From positions 89 through 64,088 of the forward strand of contig JBGCEK010000005.1 of NCBI GenBank assembly GCA_045106275.1: DNA of 64,000 bases. Direction: 5' to 3'. The notes beneath the pieces were generated by a model, which saw only the letters and a list, made by a program, of their open reading frames with translations, did no database searches and had not been told where the DNA came from. The translations under genes were made by a program, and so were the position numbers. Positions 56,611 to 64,000 of the stretch are shown here, one piece after another (position 1 is the first letter of the stretch; every line of letters begins with the position of its first letter). The stretch is from Pseudohongiellaceae bacterium (lineage in GTDB: Bacteria; Pseudomonadota; Gammaproteobacteria; Pseudomonadales; Pseudohongiellaceae).

Positions 56611-57828
56611 CTAGGCATATTTCGCCAATTCTTTTCTAGCAATAACTCGGCGATGAACTTCATCTGGGCCATCCGCTAAACGCAGCGTTCGTTGGCTTGT
56701 CCAAAGTGATGCCAATGGAAAGTCTTGTCCTACTCCTGCTGCACCGTGCATTTGAATTGCTCGGTCGATGACCCGTAATGCCATGTTAGGAACAGCGACT
56801 TTGATTTGCGAAATAGCATCTCGGGCAGCTTTATTACCAATGGTATCCATCAAATAAGCCGCTTTAAACGTGAGCAGCCTACACATTTCAATCTCAATGC
56901 GACTGTCCGCTATTACATCATAGTTACCGCCCAATTCAGCGAGAGGCTTACCGAAGGCTTCACGACTTGTTGCTCGTTGGCACATTAAGTCCAAGGCTTT
57001 TTCGGCTGCTCCGATTGATCTCATGCAATGGTGAATACGGCCCGGCCCAAGTCTCCCTTGAGAGATTTCAAAACCTCGGCCACGGCCTAAAATAATATTG
57101 CTCTCCGGCACGCGGACATTATGGAATTTAATGTGCATATGGCCGTGCGGGGCATCATCTCGACCAAACACGTGCATTGGTCTTACGACCTCAACACCTT
57201 CAGCATCCATTGGCACTAAAATTTGGGATTGGCGAGTATGCTTAGGCGCATCGGGATCTGTTTGCACCATCACAATCATTATTTTGCAGCGCGCATCACC
57301 AGCACCGGAGATGTAAAATTTTTCGCCACTAATAACCCATTCATCTCCGTCAAGAACGGCTCTAGTCGCAATATTTGTCGCATCCGAAGAAGCAACGCCC
57401 GGTTCCGTCATGGCAAACGCAGACCGAATTGTGCCGGCCAAGAGCGGCTCTAACCATTGCTGCTTTTGTTCCTCAGAACCATAGCGTTCAAGCACTTCCA
57501 TATTACCTGTGTCAGGGGCACTGCAATTGAATGCTTCTGAAGCTAGGCGACTTCTTCCCATAATCTCTGCAAGATGAGCATATTCTAGATTGGAGATACC
57601 CGCTCCACCTTGGCTTTCCGGTAGGAAAAAGTTCCACAAGCCTAAGGCTTTCGCTTTATCTTTCAGGCTTTGCATAATTTCATCTTGACGAGGCGTATGT
57701 GACCATCTCTCTCCCACACTCACTTCGTCGTGATATTCTTGTTCTACGGGTTCAACCTCCTCATTGACGAATTTGCGAATTTTTTCGCGCACTTCAACAA
57801 GTTCTTCTGAAAGTCCTAAGTTCATCAT
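56611..57828 (-). CDS. acyl-CoA dehydrogenase (FadE2/ACAD10-11-like)
   Basis: [23 protein letters not shown], and a C-terminal QMHGAAG...DGPDEVH pattern. Confidence 0.9.
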   Translation of the reverse strand: MMNLGLSEELVEVREKIRKFVNEEVEPVEQEYHDEVSVGERWSHTPRQDEIMQSLKDKAKALGLWNFFLPESQGGAGISNLEYAHLAEIMGRSRLASEAFNCSAPDTGNMEVLERYGSEEQKQQWLEPLLAGTIRSAFAMTEPGVASSDATNIATRAVLDGDEWVISGEKFYISGAGDARCKIMIVMVQTDPDAPKHTRQSQILVPMDAEGVEVVRPMHVFGRDDAPHGHMHIKFHNVRVPESNIILGRGRGFEISQGRLGPGRIHHCMRSIGAAEKALDLMCQRATSREAFGKPLAELGGNYDVIADSRIEIEMCRLLTFKAAYLMDTIGNKAARDAISQIKVAVPNMALRVIDRAIQMHGAAGVGQDFPLASLWTSQRTLRLADGPDEVHRRVIARKELAKYA

Positions 57829-57903
57829 GTGCTATTTCCTCTAATACTGCTGTCTTTTTAAAAGTAATCTAGTGTGCTGCTAACAAGAAATTGTACAGCT
57901 TGC

Positions 57904-58668
57904 TTAACTCGCTATAGTGCCACCACCATCAATCACGATAGTTTGACCGGTTGTAAAACTGCCAGCGTCGGACGCTAAAAATACGGCGGCACCAGCGATT
58001 TCATCAGGCTCGCCAATGCGTCGCATGGGGTATTTGGACACTGTTGCTTCGTAAATTTCTGGGTTTTCCCAAAGCGCCTTGGCGAAATCCGTACGAATGA
58101 GACCTGGAGCAATGCAATTCACTCTAATATTTTTAGGTCCCCACTCTACCGCCAGATTACGCGCGATCTGCATATCAGCCGCCTTCGAAATCGCATAGGC
58201 CCCTAAGGCGTCAGTTCCTTTGAGCCCACCGATAGATGACACTATGATAACGGCACCACCACCAGTCTCGGCCATACCAGGCATCGCTAATTGGCAAAGC
58301 TTATGAACACTACCAATGTTGGCATGCATCACTTTATCAAAGGCTTCATCTGGAATATCTTGGGACTTGCCGAAGTAAGGGTTTAGAGCCGCATTGCAGA
58401 CTAACACGTTAATTTTCCCTAACTGTTCTTCCGTCTTGGCCACGAGAGCCTGAAGCTGCTCTTTGTAATTTATGTTGCAAGCAATAGCGATAGCTTCGTT
58501 TCCCGCTGCTTTGATTTCATTAGCCACATCATCACAGGCGCTTTGGTTGCGGCTTGAAATCACAACTTTTGCACCCTGCTCGGCCATTCTAAAGGCGATC
58601 GCCTTACCAATTCCTTTTGTAGAACCAGTAATCAGGACAACTTTGCCCTCGAGGCTAAATAGACTCAT
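57904..58668 (-). CDS. SDR family oxidoreductase (3-oxoacyl reductase-like)
   Basis: TGSTKGIGKAIA, NAA and YAISK motifs. Confidence 0.9.
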   Translation of the reverse strand: MSLFSLEGKVVLITGSTKGIGKAIAFRMAEQGAKVVISSRNQSACDDVANEIKAAGNEAIAIACNINYKEQLQALVAKTEEQLGKINVLVCNAALNPYFGKSQDIPDEAFDKVMHANIGSVHKLCQLAMPGMAETGGGAVIIVSSIGGLKGTDALGAYAISKAADMQIARNLAVEWGPKNIRVNCIAPGLIRTDFAKALWENPEIYEATVSKYPMRRIGEPDEIAGAAVFLASDAGSFTTGQTIVIDGGGTIAS

Positions 58669-58846
58669 GTTTTCTCCGAACTAAATAGTTGTATTTTGAG
58701 CGCACGCTAGACAGCGGCGCTTCACGTTTAGTGGATTGAAAAAGAGGGTTGTTTTCCTCTTTAGCAAACCCTGAAAACCGGCAGCTAAACTAACAAGCAG
58801 GACGCTTAAGAACAAGAAGTTTAAAGGAAAAAGAACCCATCGCCTC

Positions 58847-59683
58847 CTACTCAGTCCAATCTCTTTTCCCTTTAGAAATACTGGTTCCGCCGTCAACAGG
58901 GATAACCGTCCCATTGGTATAGGCTCCCGCTTGAGAGGCCAGATAGGTCACTATTCCCACGATTTCCTGTGGATGGCCTACTCGATGAAGAGGACAGTCG
59001 TCCTTAATATCCTCTAAATAGTGCTCAAAAACATAGTCCGTCATTCTGGATTCAAAAAAACCAGGGGCAATGGCATTTACAGTAATATGTTTTGGCGCAA
59101 GATCCACGGCTAATGATTTCGTCAGATGATGCAGTGCGGCCTTACTCGCGGAATAGGCAAAAGTGGGCACTCGCTGCACAATTGGCACATGAATTCCATC
59201 CATAGACCCAATGTTGATGACCCGTGCCGGATCAGCTGCAACCCCCGCTTTAGAGAGCAAATCTATGCAATCTCGAGTCAAAGAAAAGACTGCATTTAAA
59301 TTGGTACTGACTACTTTCTCAAACCCAGCGTCTGGGTAATCTTCTAACTTTGCCCCCCAATTAGCGCCTGCATTATTGAGTAAAATAGACAGCTCTCCAA
59401 ACCGCTCTTGCACATGGGCTACCAGTGACTCCCGTTGCTCTGCAATGGTTACATCAGCGGAAAATGCAGACACATCTCCGTAAGGTTTCAGCTCTGATAG
59501 CGCCATGTTGCATTTTTCTTGGCTTCGAGAGGAAATAACAACCTTAGCGCCGTTCTCAAGCAGTCCTTGCGCCATTATTAGTCCAAGACCGCTGCTTCCC
59601 CCAGTAACTAGAGCAGTTTTCCCCGCTACCGAAAACAAACTCCCTATTTTGTAGCCGGATTCGCTTAACGCGTTAGAAGCCAT
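58847..59683 (-). CDS. SDR family oxidoreductase
   Basis: TGGSSGLG, NNAG and YSASK motifs. Confidence 0.9.
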   Translation of the reverse strand: MASNALSESGYKIGSLFSVAGKTALVTGGSSGLGLIMAQGLLENGAKVVISSRSQEKCNMALSELKPYGDVSAFSADVTIAEQRESLVAHVQERFGELSILLNNAGANWGAKLEDYPDAGFEKVVSTNLNAVFSLTRDCIDLLSKAGVAADPARVINIGSMDGIHVPIVQRVPTFAYSASKAALHHLTKSLAVDLAPKHITVNAIAPGFFESRMTDYVFEHYLEDIKDDCPLHRVGHPQEIVGIVTYLASQAGAYTNGTVIPVDGGTSISKGKRDWTE

Positions 59684-59688
59684 GACTA

Positions 59689-60711
59689 CTAATTCTCGTC
59701 GGAAACTTTAACTAGTTGCTTACCGAAATTTCGCCCTTTTAGTAAACCGCGAAAGAGCTCGGGCGCATTTTCAAGGCCCTCGCCGATGCTTTCCCGATGT
59801 ACTAATTGCCCTGACTTCACCCACTGTCCCAACTGCTCAGTTGCCTCTAACCATGTCTCACGCCACTCTGTCACTACAAAAAACCGATGTTCTGGTATGG
59901 GATCCAGTTTTTTCAGCATGTGGAAGGGGGTTTCGGATTTAGTGATATCCTCATCATTGTAGTTGGACACATAGCCGCAGATTGGAACTCTAGCTCCAGT
60001 GTTCAAAAGTGGAGTCACAGCCCGGGTTACATCACCTCCAACGTTTTCAAAATAAACATCAATCCCATCAGGGCATGCTGCGGTCAGTTTTGCCGCCAAA
60101 TCACCAGCCTTATAATCGAGACAATCATCGAATCCAAGCACATCCTTAACATAGGCACACTTTTCTGGCCCACCTGCTATGCCCACTGCGCGGAGGCCCA
60201 ATATTTTAGCCATTTGTCCTACCACCGAACCAACAGCCCCGGAAGCTGCTGCCACAACAAGGGTCTCGCCCGATTCGGGCTTACCCACATCACGTAAGCC
60301 AAAGTAAGCCGTTCGACCAGGCATACCCACCACACCCAGATGCTCCGATAAAGATCCATTATCTAAATTTACCTTCATTAGACGTTGATCATCATCGTCA
60401 GCAACAATATGAGACTGCCAGCCCATATGCGCTGCCACTCGGTCACCGACAGCATACTTACTCGAGTTCGATTTAATAACGATACCGGAAGACTCGCCAG
60501 TTATTACATCGCCGATCTGTAAAGGCGCGGCATACGATTCAACGTCATTCATCCTGCCACGCATATAAGGGTCCAATGATAACCAGCACACCTGAATCAA
60601 AAGTTGATTTTCTTGCAGTTCGGGAATTTCAGCCTTATCGACCTTAAAACAGTCATCAGTGGGTTCACCCAAAGGGCGTTTAGCTAACAGTATGCGAGTA
60701 TTAAGAGTCAT
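59689..60711 (-). CDS. NADP-dependent alkenal/enone oxidoreductase (MDR family, YncB/CurA/PTGR-like)
   Basis: AASGAVGSVVGQMAK cofactor motif. The N-terminus MTLNTRILLAKRPLGEPTDDCF is typical of this subgroup. The ORF extends to 60774, but the Met at 60711 fits the family. Confidence 0.85.
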   Translation of the reverse strand: MTLNTRILLAKRPLGEPTDDCFKVDKAEIPELQENQLLIQVCWLSLDPYMRGRMNDVESYAAPLQIGDVITGESSGIVIKSNSSKYAVGDRVAAHMGWQSHIVADDDDQRLMKVNLDNGSLSEHLGVVGMPGRTAYFGLRDVGKPESGETLVVAAASGAVGSVVGQMAKILGLRAVGIAGGPEKCAYVKDVLGFDDCLDYKAGDLAAKLTAACPDGIDVYFENVGGDVTRAVTPLLNTGARVPICGYVSNYNDEDITKSETPFHMLKKLDPIPEHRFFVVTEWRETWLEATEQLGQWVKSGQLVHRESIGEGLENAPELFRGLLKGRNFGKQLVKVSDEN

Positions 60712-60784
60712 GAACGTTCCGTATGGATGATTTTTGAAAGGCAGCCATAGTACCTTACCTACATTCAGCTGCACAGGGTGGCAT

Positions 60785-61987
60785 CTAAGCGGCAGAAGAC
60801 AAATCTGCCAAAGAGTCTTTAAATAAACTGAGGCCTTTGACTAGCTCTTCAAGCGACACGGTCAAAGGTGGAATCAATCTCACTACCGCATTTCGTGTTG
60901 GTACAATTAAGAGCCCACGATCTATTGCTGAATTGGTTAAAGTGTCCACTAAGGGTTGACTCTTTAGCTGAATCCCCCACAACATACCTCTTCCACGCAC
61001 CTCCACCAGAAGGTCAGAAAATTCTACTTCAAGACTCAATAGGAAATTCTCCATATACTGGCCTTTCGCCGCTATGCTCTTCGCGAATTCGTTTCTAGCC
61101 AGATAAGGAATCACCTCAGCCACGACCGCACACCCCAGCGGATTACCACAAAAAGTTCCCCCATGATCCCCAATTTCAATCTGATCTTTTATGCGTTGAG
61201 AAACAGCAAACGCAGCAATAGGGAAACCTCCAGCCATACCTTTACCCATGGTTAAGAAATCAAAATCGAAAGAGGCCTCGTTATGCTGGAATGCGAAAAA
61301 ACTACCAGTACGAAGAAAACCAGTTTGAATCTCGTCGACAATTAAAAATACGCCGCGCCTTTTGCAAAGCTTTGAAAGACTAATCAGATAATTTGAAGGA
61401 GGCACACGAGCCCCTCCTTCACCCTGTATCGGTTCAACAATTACCGCTGCAGTATCATTATCGATAACCTGCTCCATTGCATGCAAATCACCAAACTCAA
61501 CAAATTCTGCCGCCTGATCTAGGCTAGAAAAACTGGCCGCATTGGCTGGGCTAGAAGAAACAGCTAACGTGTTTAGAGTACGACCATGAAAGGAATTCAG
61601 GGTAGAAACTATTTTAGAACGCCCAGATATTTTCCTTGCCAGCTTTATTACTGCATCGTTCGCTTCTGCGCCGCTATTGACAAAATAGCTTGAGACTAAA
61701 TGTTCTGGGAGCACTTTATTCAACTCTCGCAGTGCCGCGGCTCTGGTCGGCGAATACAGAAATCCGGAATTAGGGCATTGCAGCAGTCGTCCGGCTTGTT
61801 CAGTAATGGTTCTCGTAATCAGTGGATGGGCATGCCCTAGAGAGGTGACACCCCAACCAGAAGTAAAATCTAAAAAGCGTACGCCGTCTTCTGTCCACAC
61901 GGTGAGTCCGTTGCCGCGTTCAATTACCAAAGGATATCTTACGCAAAATGTTAACCCCAATGATTCTTCAGTCTCGATGGTATTCAT
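60785..61987 (-). CDS. class III (acetylornithine/omega-amino acid) PLP aminotransferase
   Basis: LIVDEIQTGFLRTG and the PLP-lysine segment LTMGKGMAGGFPI, with N-terminal GWGVTSLGHAHP. Confidence 0.9.
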   Translation of the reverse strand: MNTIETEESLGLTFCVRYPLVIERGNGLTVWTEDGVRFLDFTSGWGVTSLGHAHPLITRTITEQAGRLLQCPNSGFLYSPTRAAALRELNKVLPEHLVSSYFVNSGAEANDAVIKLARKISGRSKIVSTLNSFHGRTLNTLAVSSSPANAASFSSLDQAAEFVEFGDLHAMEQVIDNDTAAVIVEPIQGEGGARVPPSNYLISLSKLCKRRGVFLIVDEIQTGFLRTGSFFAFQHNEASFDFDFLTMGKGMAGGFPIAAFAVSQRIKDQIEIGDHGGTFCGNPLGCAVVAEVIPYLARNEFAKSIAAKGQYMENFLLSLEVEFSDLLVEVRGRGMLWGIQLKSQPLVDTLTNSAIDRGLLIVPTRNAVVRLIPPLTVSLEELVKGLSLFKDSLADLSSAA

Positions 61988-62257
61988 AGTTTTCTCGTCA
62001 ATTATTCATTGTGTAAATGCTCATGTTTTCTCCTTTTTCCTCTCTCATTTAAAATAGCCCGAAGGCAGTTGGACCCGCAGAGTGGTCAATTTTTAGCAGC
62101 ATGGTCCTTGTTCTTTCGCATAAAGAAACTAGCGCGGATAACAGGCAGCAAAGCGCTTGCTCGCCTCTTGTTACTGTGTGGTCCACTAATACATCGGCAT
62201 CAATCATTTGTGACGATACCAGCAAGTTATTCGACATTTTCAGTCCTTATATCGGGC

Positions 62258-62296
62258 AAAAAAAAACCCCTAAAGCCAGAGACTCTAGGGGTTTTT
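62258..62296. terminator. Rho-independent terminator (strong on the minus strand, weaker on the plus strand)
   Basis: A9-CCCCTA-13 nt loop-TAGGGG-T5. On the minus strand the hairpin is followed by T9. It lies downstream of the ABC operon and small ORF. Confidence 0.6.
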
Positions 62297-62316
62297 GGAT
62301 TCTATGATTTAGCTAG

Positions 62317-62442
62317 TTAAAACCGAGTTCTCACACTTTTTGGACACGTACGCGAGGCACGCCCAAATGCCGCGAATGCGGCAAAAGCGGCAAAAGCGGC
62401 AAGAGCGATAAATCGAGTTGCAAATACGTTTAATAAAGTCAT
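62317..62442 (-). CDS. possible 41-aa hydrophobic peptide with (AAF)n repeat
   Basis: My translation gives MTLLNVFATRFIALAAFAAFAAFAAFGRASRTCPKSVRTRF. It lies between the ABC operon and the terminator. There is no clear Shine-Dalgarno, so coding status is unproven. Confidence 0.3.
   Translation of the reverse strand: MTLLNVFATRFIALAAFAAFAAFAAFGRASRTCPKSVRTRF
62369..62404. repeat. imperfect 9-bp tandem repeat (4 copies)
   Basis: gccgcgaat gcggcaaaa gcggcaaaa gcggcaaga, read directly from the sequence. It encodes the AAF repeats on the minus strand. Confidence 0.85.
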
Positions 62443-62522
62443 TGCGAGAATGAGCCCGTCAGAGATTAGTTTGAACTAGAGAACATTTAAGGTAATAAGA
62501 AAAAGCCTGCATGTCAATGAAG

Positions 62523-62708
62523 CTACTCCATGAATGTCTCGTTCAGATTTCGAAGCTCTTCTACATTGAGCTCAAAAAGAGAGTTATCAAAGCGAAGAAG
62601 ATCAGGTTGCCTGTCGGTCACCAACCCCTCTACGACCAGTAAGCTAACATAGGCGAGGAGAACAGTCAGCAGCAACGTGAATCGGTTTTTAAATACTAAA
62701 TTTTTCAT
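62523..62708 (-). CDS. hypothetical small signal-anchored protein downstream of the ABC-2 permease
   Basis: The ORF opens at TTG 62747, overlapping the permease stop. The ATG at 62708 (MKNLVFKNRFTLLLTVLLAYVSLLVV) is preceded by AAGG. Confidence 0.4.
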   Translation of the reverse strand: MKNLVFKNRFTLLLTVLLAYVSLLVVEGLVTDRQPDLLRFDNSLFELNVEELRNLNETFME

Positions 62709-62743
62709 AGGTCTGACCTTAAATCCAATCGTTGAGTCAATAA

Positions 62744-63592
62744 TCAATCTACATAGCGGCGCATATAAACGGCACCAGTAATCAGCAGCGAGCCCACTAT
62801 ACAGCCAACAAACATCTCGTAGCTAAAAAAGCGATCTGCAATGCCGGTAAAGTCGATAATTAAAAAATTGTCTGGATCGAATCGGGTTTGAGCCCAGTTG
62901 GAAACAAATTGAGTGCTGAAAATAAATTCTTCTGCAAAACCAATGGCAAAATACACACCTACTGCCCAAAGCATAGGCGCCCTCCTCGCAAATGAGGAAA
63001 ACAACAGCAACCAACCCATCAAAGGCAACAGCCAGAGGGCCGATGTTGCCAGAAAGAAGTACACCACCACTACATTAATCCAAGCGGCAGTAAGCATATA
63101 TAGAAAGCCGACCTGAGTTTCAGTTCCTAACCCTGAAAAAGCAAGAAACACAATCATCAAGGAATACAAGAGACCCATTATCAGCGCGGTCAATGCGGGG
63201 CTGACAACAATCACTGTTACTAATTTGGAAATAACGGTTTGCAAATTTGAGACAGGCATTGACTGCCAAAATAGAATACTCATATCTTTGCGGTCTTGGT
63301 ACAGAGAGTTCAGCAAATAAATCGCGCTACAGAAGAAAAACACCAACACAAAAGGTAACGACCAGAGCGTTAAAATAGGATTGGTAGAAAACGGATTCTT
63401 ACCGTCAAACCAACGAAGGGAAAAATCAATAGCTAGAGTCTTTTCATCGACTCCCAACTGGGACCCTATTAAAAAATTCACAACGAAAATAACTATCGCC
63501 ATTACCATAGGAGCACCTATGATGAGGTTACGGTTCTCCCACAACTCTTTTTGTTGCAGGGTAATAGTCTGGCGAACCTTAAACCTGTTCAT
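62744..63592 (-). CDS. ABC-2 type transporter permease
   Basis: 282 aa, six TM helices with a large first loop. The start overlaps the upstream ATPase gene by 14 nt. Confidence 0.7.
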   Translation of the reverse strand: MNRFKVRQTITLQQKELWENRNLIIGAPMVMAIVIFVVNFLIGSQLGVDEKTLAIDFSLRWFDGKNPFSTNPILTLWSLPFVLVFFFCSAIYLLNSLYQDRKDMSILFWQSMPVSNLQTVISKLVTVIVVSPALTALIMGLLYSLMIVFLAFSGLGTETQVGFLYMLTAAWINVVVVYFFLATSALWLLPLMGWLLLFSSFARRAPMLWAVGVYFAIGFAEEFIFSTQFVSNWAQTRFDPDNFLIIDFTGIADRFFSYEMFVGCIVGSLLITGAVYMRRYVD

Positions 63593-64000
63593 GTTTGCTC
63601 CTCTTCATTTTTGCCACAAATAGATCAGCCACAGAAGGTGTATGAAGCTCGCCAAGATTCGCTAACTGCGCCCTCGGTACTGATTCAAACGTATACGACT
63701 GTTGCCCGAGTAAACTTCGAATGTGAATTGGATTTAGCTCATCAGCGAGCGAAATTTTATCTGGGCTTACCAAGACTTCTGTGTAAATCTGTTCGATGTC
63801 GCTCATCTGGGCATTTAGAGCGATCTTGCCTTTATTGATGAAGATCAAATGAGAAAGCAAGGTTTCGATTTCCTCAACCTGGTGAGTGCTAATCACAATA
63901 GTCCTGTTACCATCGTAATAATCATTGAGCAAACGATCATAGAATTCTTTTCGATAGATAATATCCAAACCCAAAGTGGGTTCATCTAGTACCAAAAGGC
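63579..64000 (-). CDS. ABC transporter ATP-binding protein (partial; 5' end outside the window)
   Basis: The frame is open to the window edge. Walker B/D-loop (AF)LVLDEPTLGLD, then the H-loop VISTHQVEE. Confidence 0.85.
   Translation of the reverse strand, partial: LLVLDEPTLGLDIIYRKEFYDRLLNDYYDGNRTIVISTHQVEEIETLLSHLIFINKGKIALNAQMSDIEQIYTEVLVSPDKISLADELNPIHIRSLLGQQSYTFESVPRAQLANLGELHTPSVADLFVAKMKRSKHEQV

Noticed and set aside
58681-58914. 77-aa minus-strand ORF between the two SDR genes
   Set aside because: It overlaps the 3' end of the SDR gene at 58847-59683 in another frame, and its sequence has no features beyond hydrophobicity. It is more likely intergenic with a promoter for the downstream SDR.
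62009-62320. Three overlapping ORFs (62009-62320 +, 62101-62307 +, 62049-62237 -) between the aminotransferase gene and the terminator
   Set aside because: They are mutually exclusive frames in a 330-bp intergenic or promoter region. The translations are Cys/Ser/Leu-rich nonsense with no motifs. The plus-strand ORFs run through the terminator hairpin.
1-64000. Mobile elements, prophage, CRISPR arrays, rRNA/tRNA genes
   Set aside because: None of the translated ORFs shows transposase, integrase, recombinase, phage structural or Cas motifs. I found no regularly spaced direct repeats and no rRNA-like conserved blocks.

Overview
The window looks like a gene-dense chromosomal segment. The protein families suggest a marine Gammaproteobacterium, but that is an inference only. 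I support about 66 protein-coding genes, three hairpin terminators and one short tandem repeat. I found no rRNA, tRNA, CRISPR array, transposase, integrase or prophage genes. Most of the content is housekeeping or accessory metabolism: ilvD, tsaC/sua5, degQ-like protease, LOG, Ada/AlkA-Ogt alkylation repair, several SDRs, an acyl-CoA dehydrogenase operon, peptidases, and a partial MATE and a partial ABC transporter at the two edges. The strongest candidate for a new system is a tightly packed three-gene minus-strand operon at 36988-39525. It encodes a MotA/ExbB-type channel protein with a ~300-aa cytoplasmic helical tail, a MotB/OmpA-type partner with the conserved TM aspartate, and an unrecognisable soluble Cys/His protein. 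This is a Zorya-like architecture, but compact and with an effector I cannot place. Other items worth a second look: (1) a copper/heme cluster at 39.7-46.6 kb, with His-containing membrane-protein pairs, an orphan SURF1, a cytochrome c fused to a PHM/DBH-like copper monooxygenase domain, and divergent CopC-like proteins, plus a canonical copCD next to a CadC-like regulator; (2) an orphan FO synthase (fbiC) in a window that also holds a BLUF protein and an SPL-family radical SAM gene, the latter in an operon with a nucleosidase-like gene and a GT2 glycosyltransferase; (3) a 733-aa MBL-fold plus cNMP-binding protein; (4) a putative lipid head-group cluster followed by exported sulfatase, Tat-PLP enzyme and PLC-like genes; (5) two small genes missing from the ORF track, a Pmp3/YqaE proteolipid and an (AAF)n peptide. 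All functional calls come from reading motifs in the supplied translations. No database search was run.
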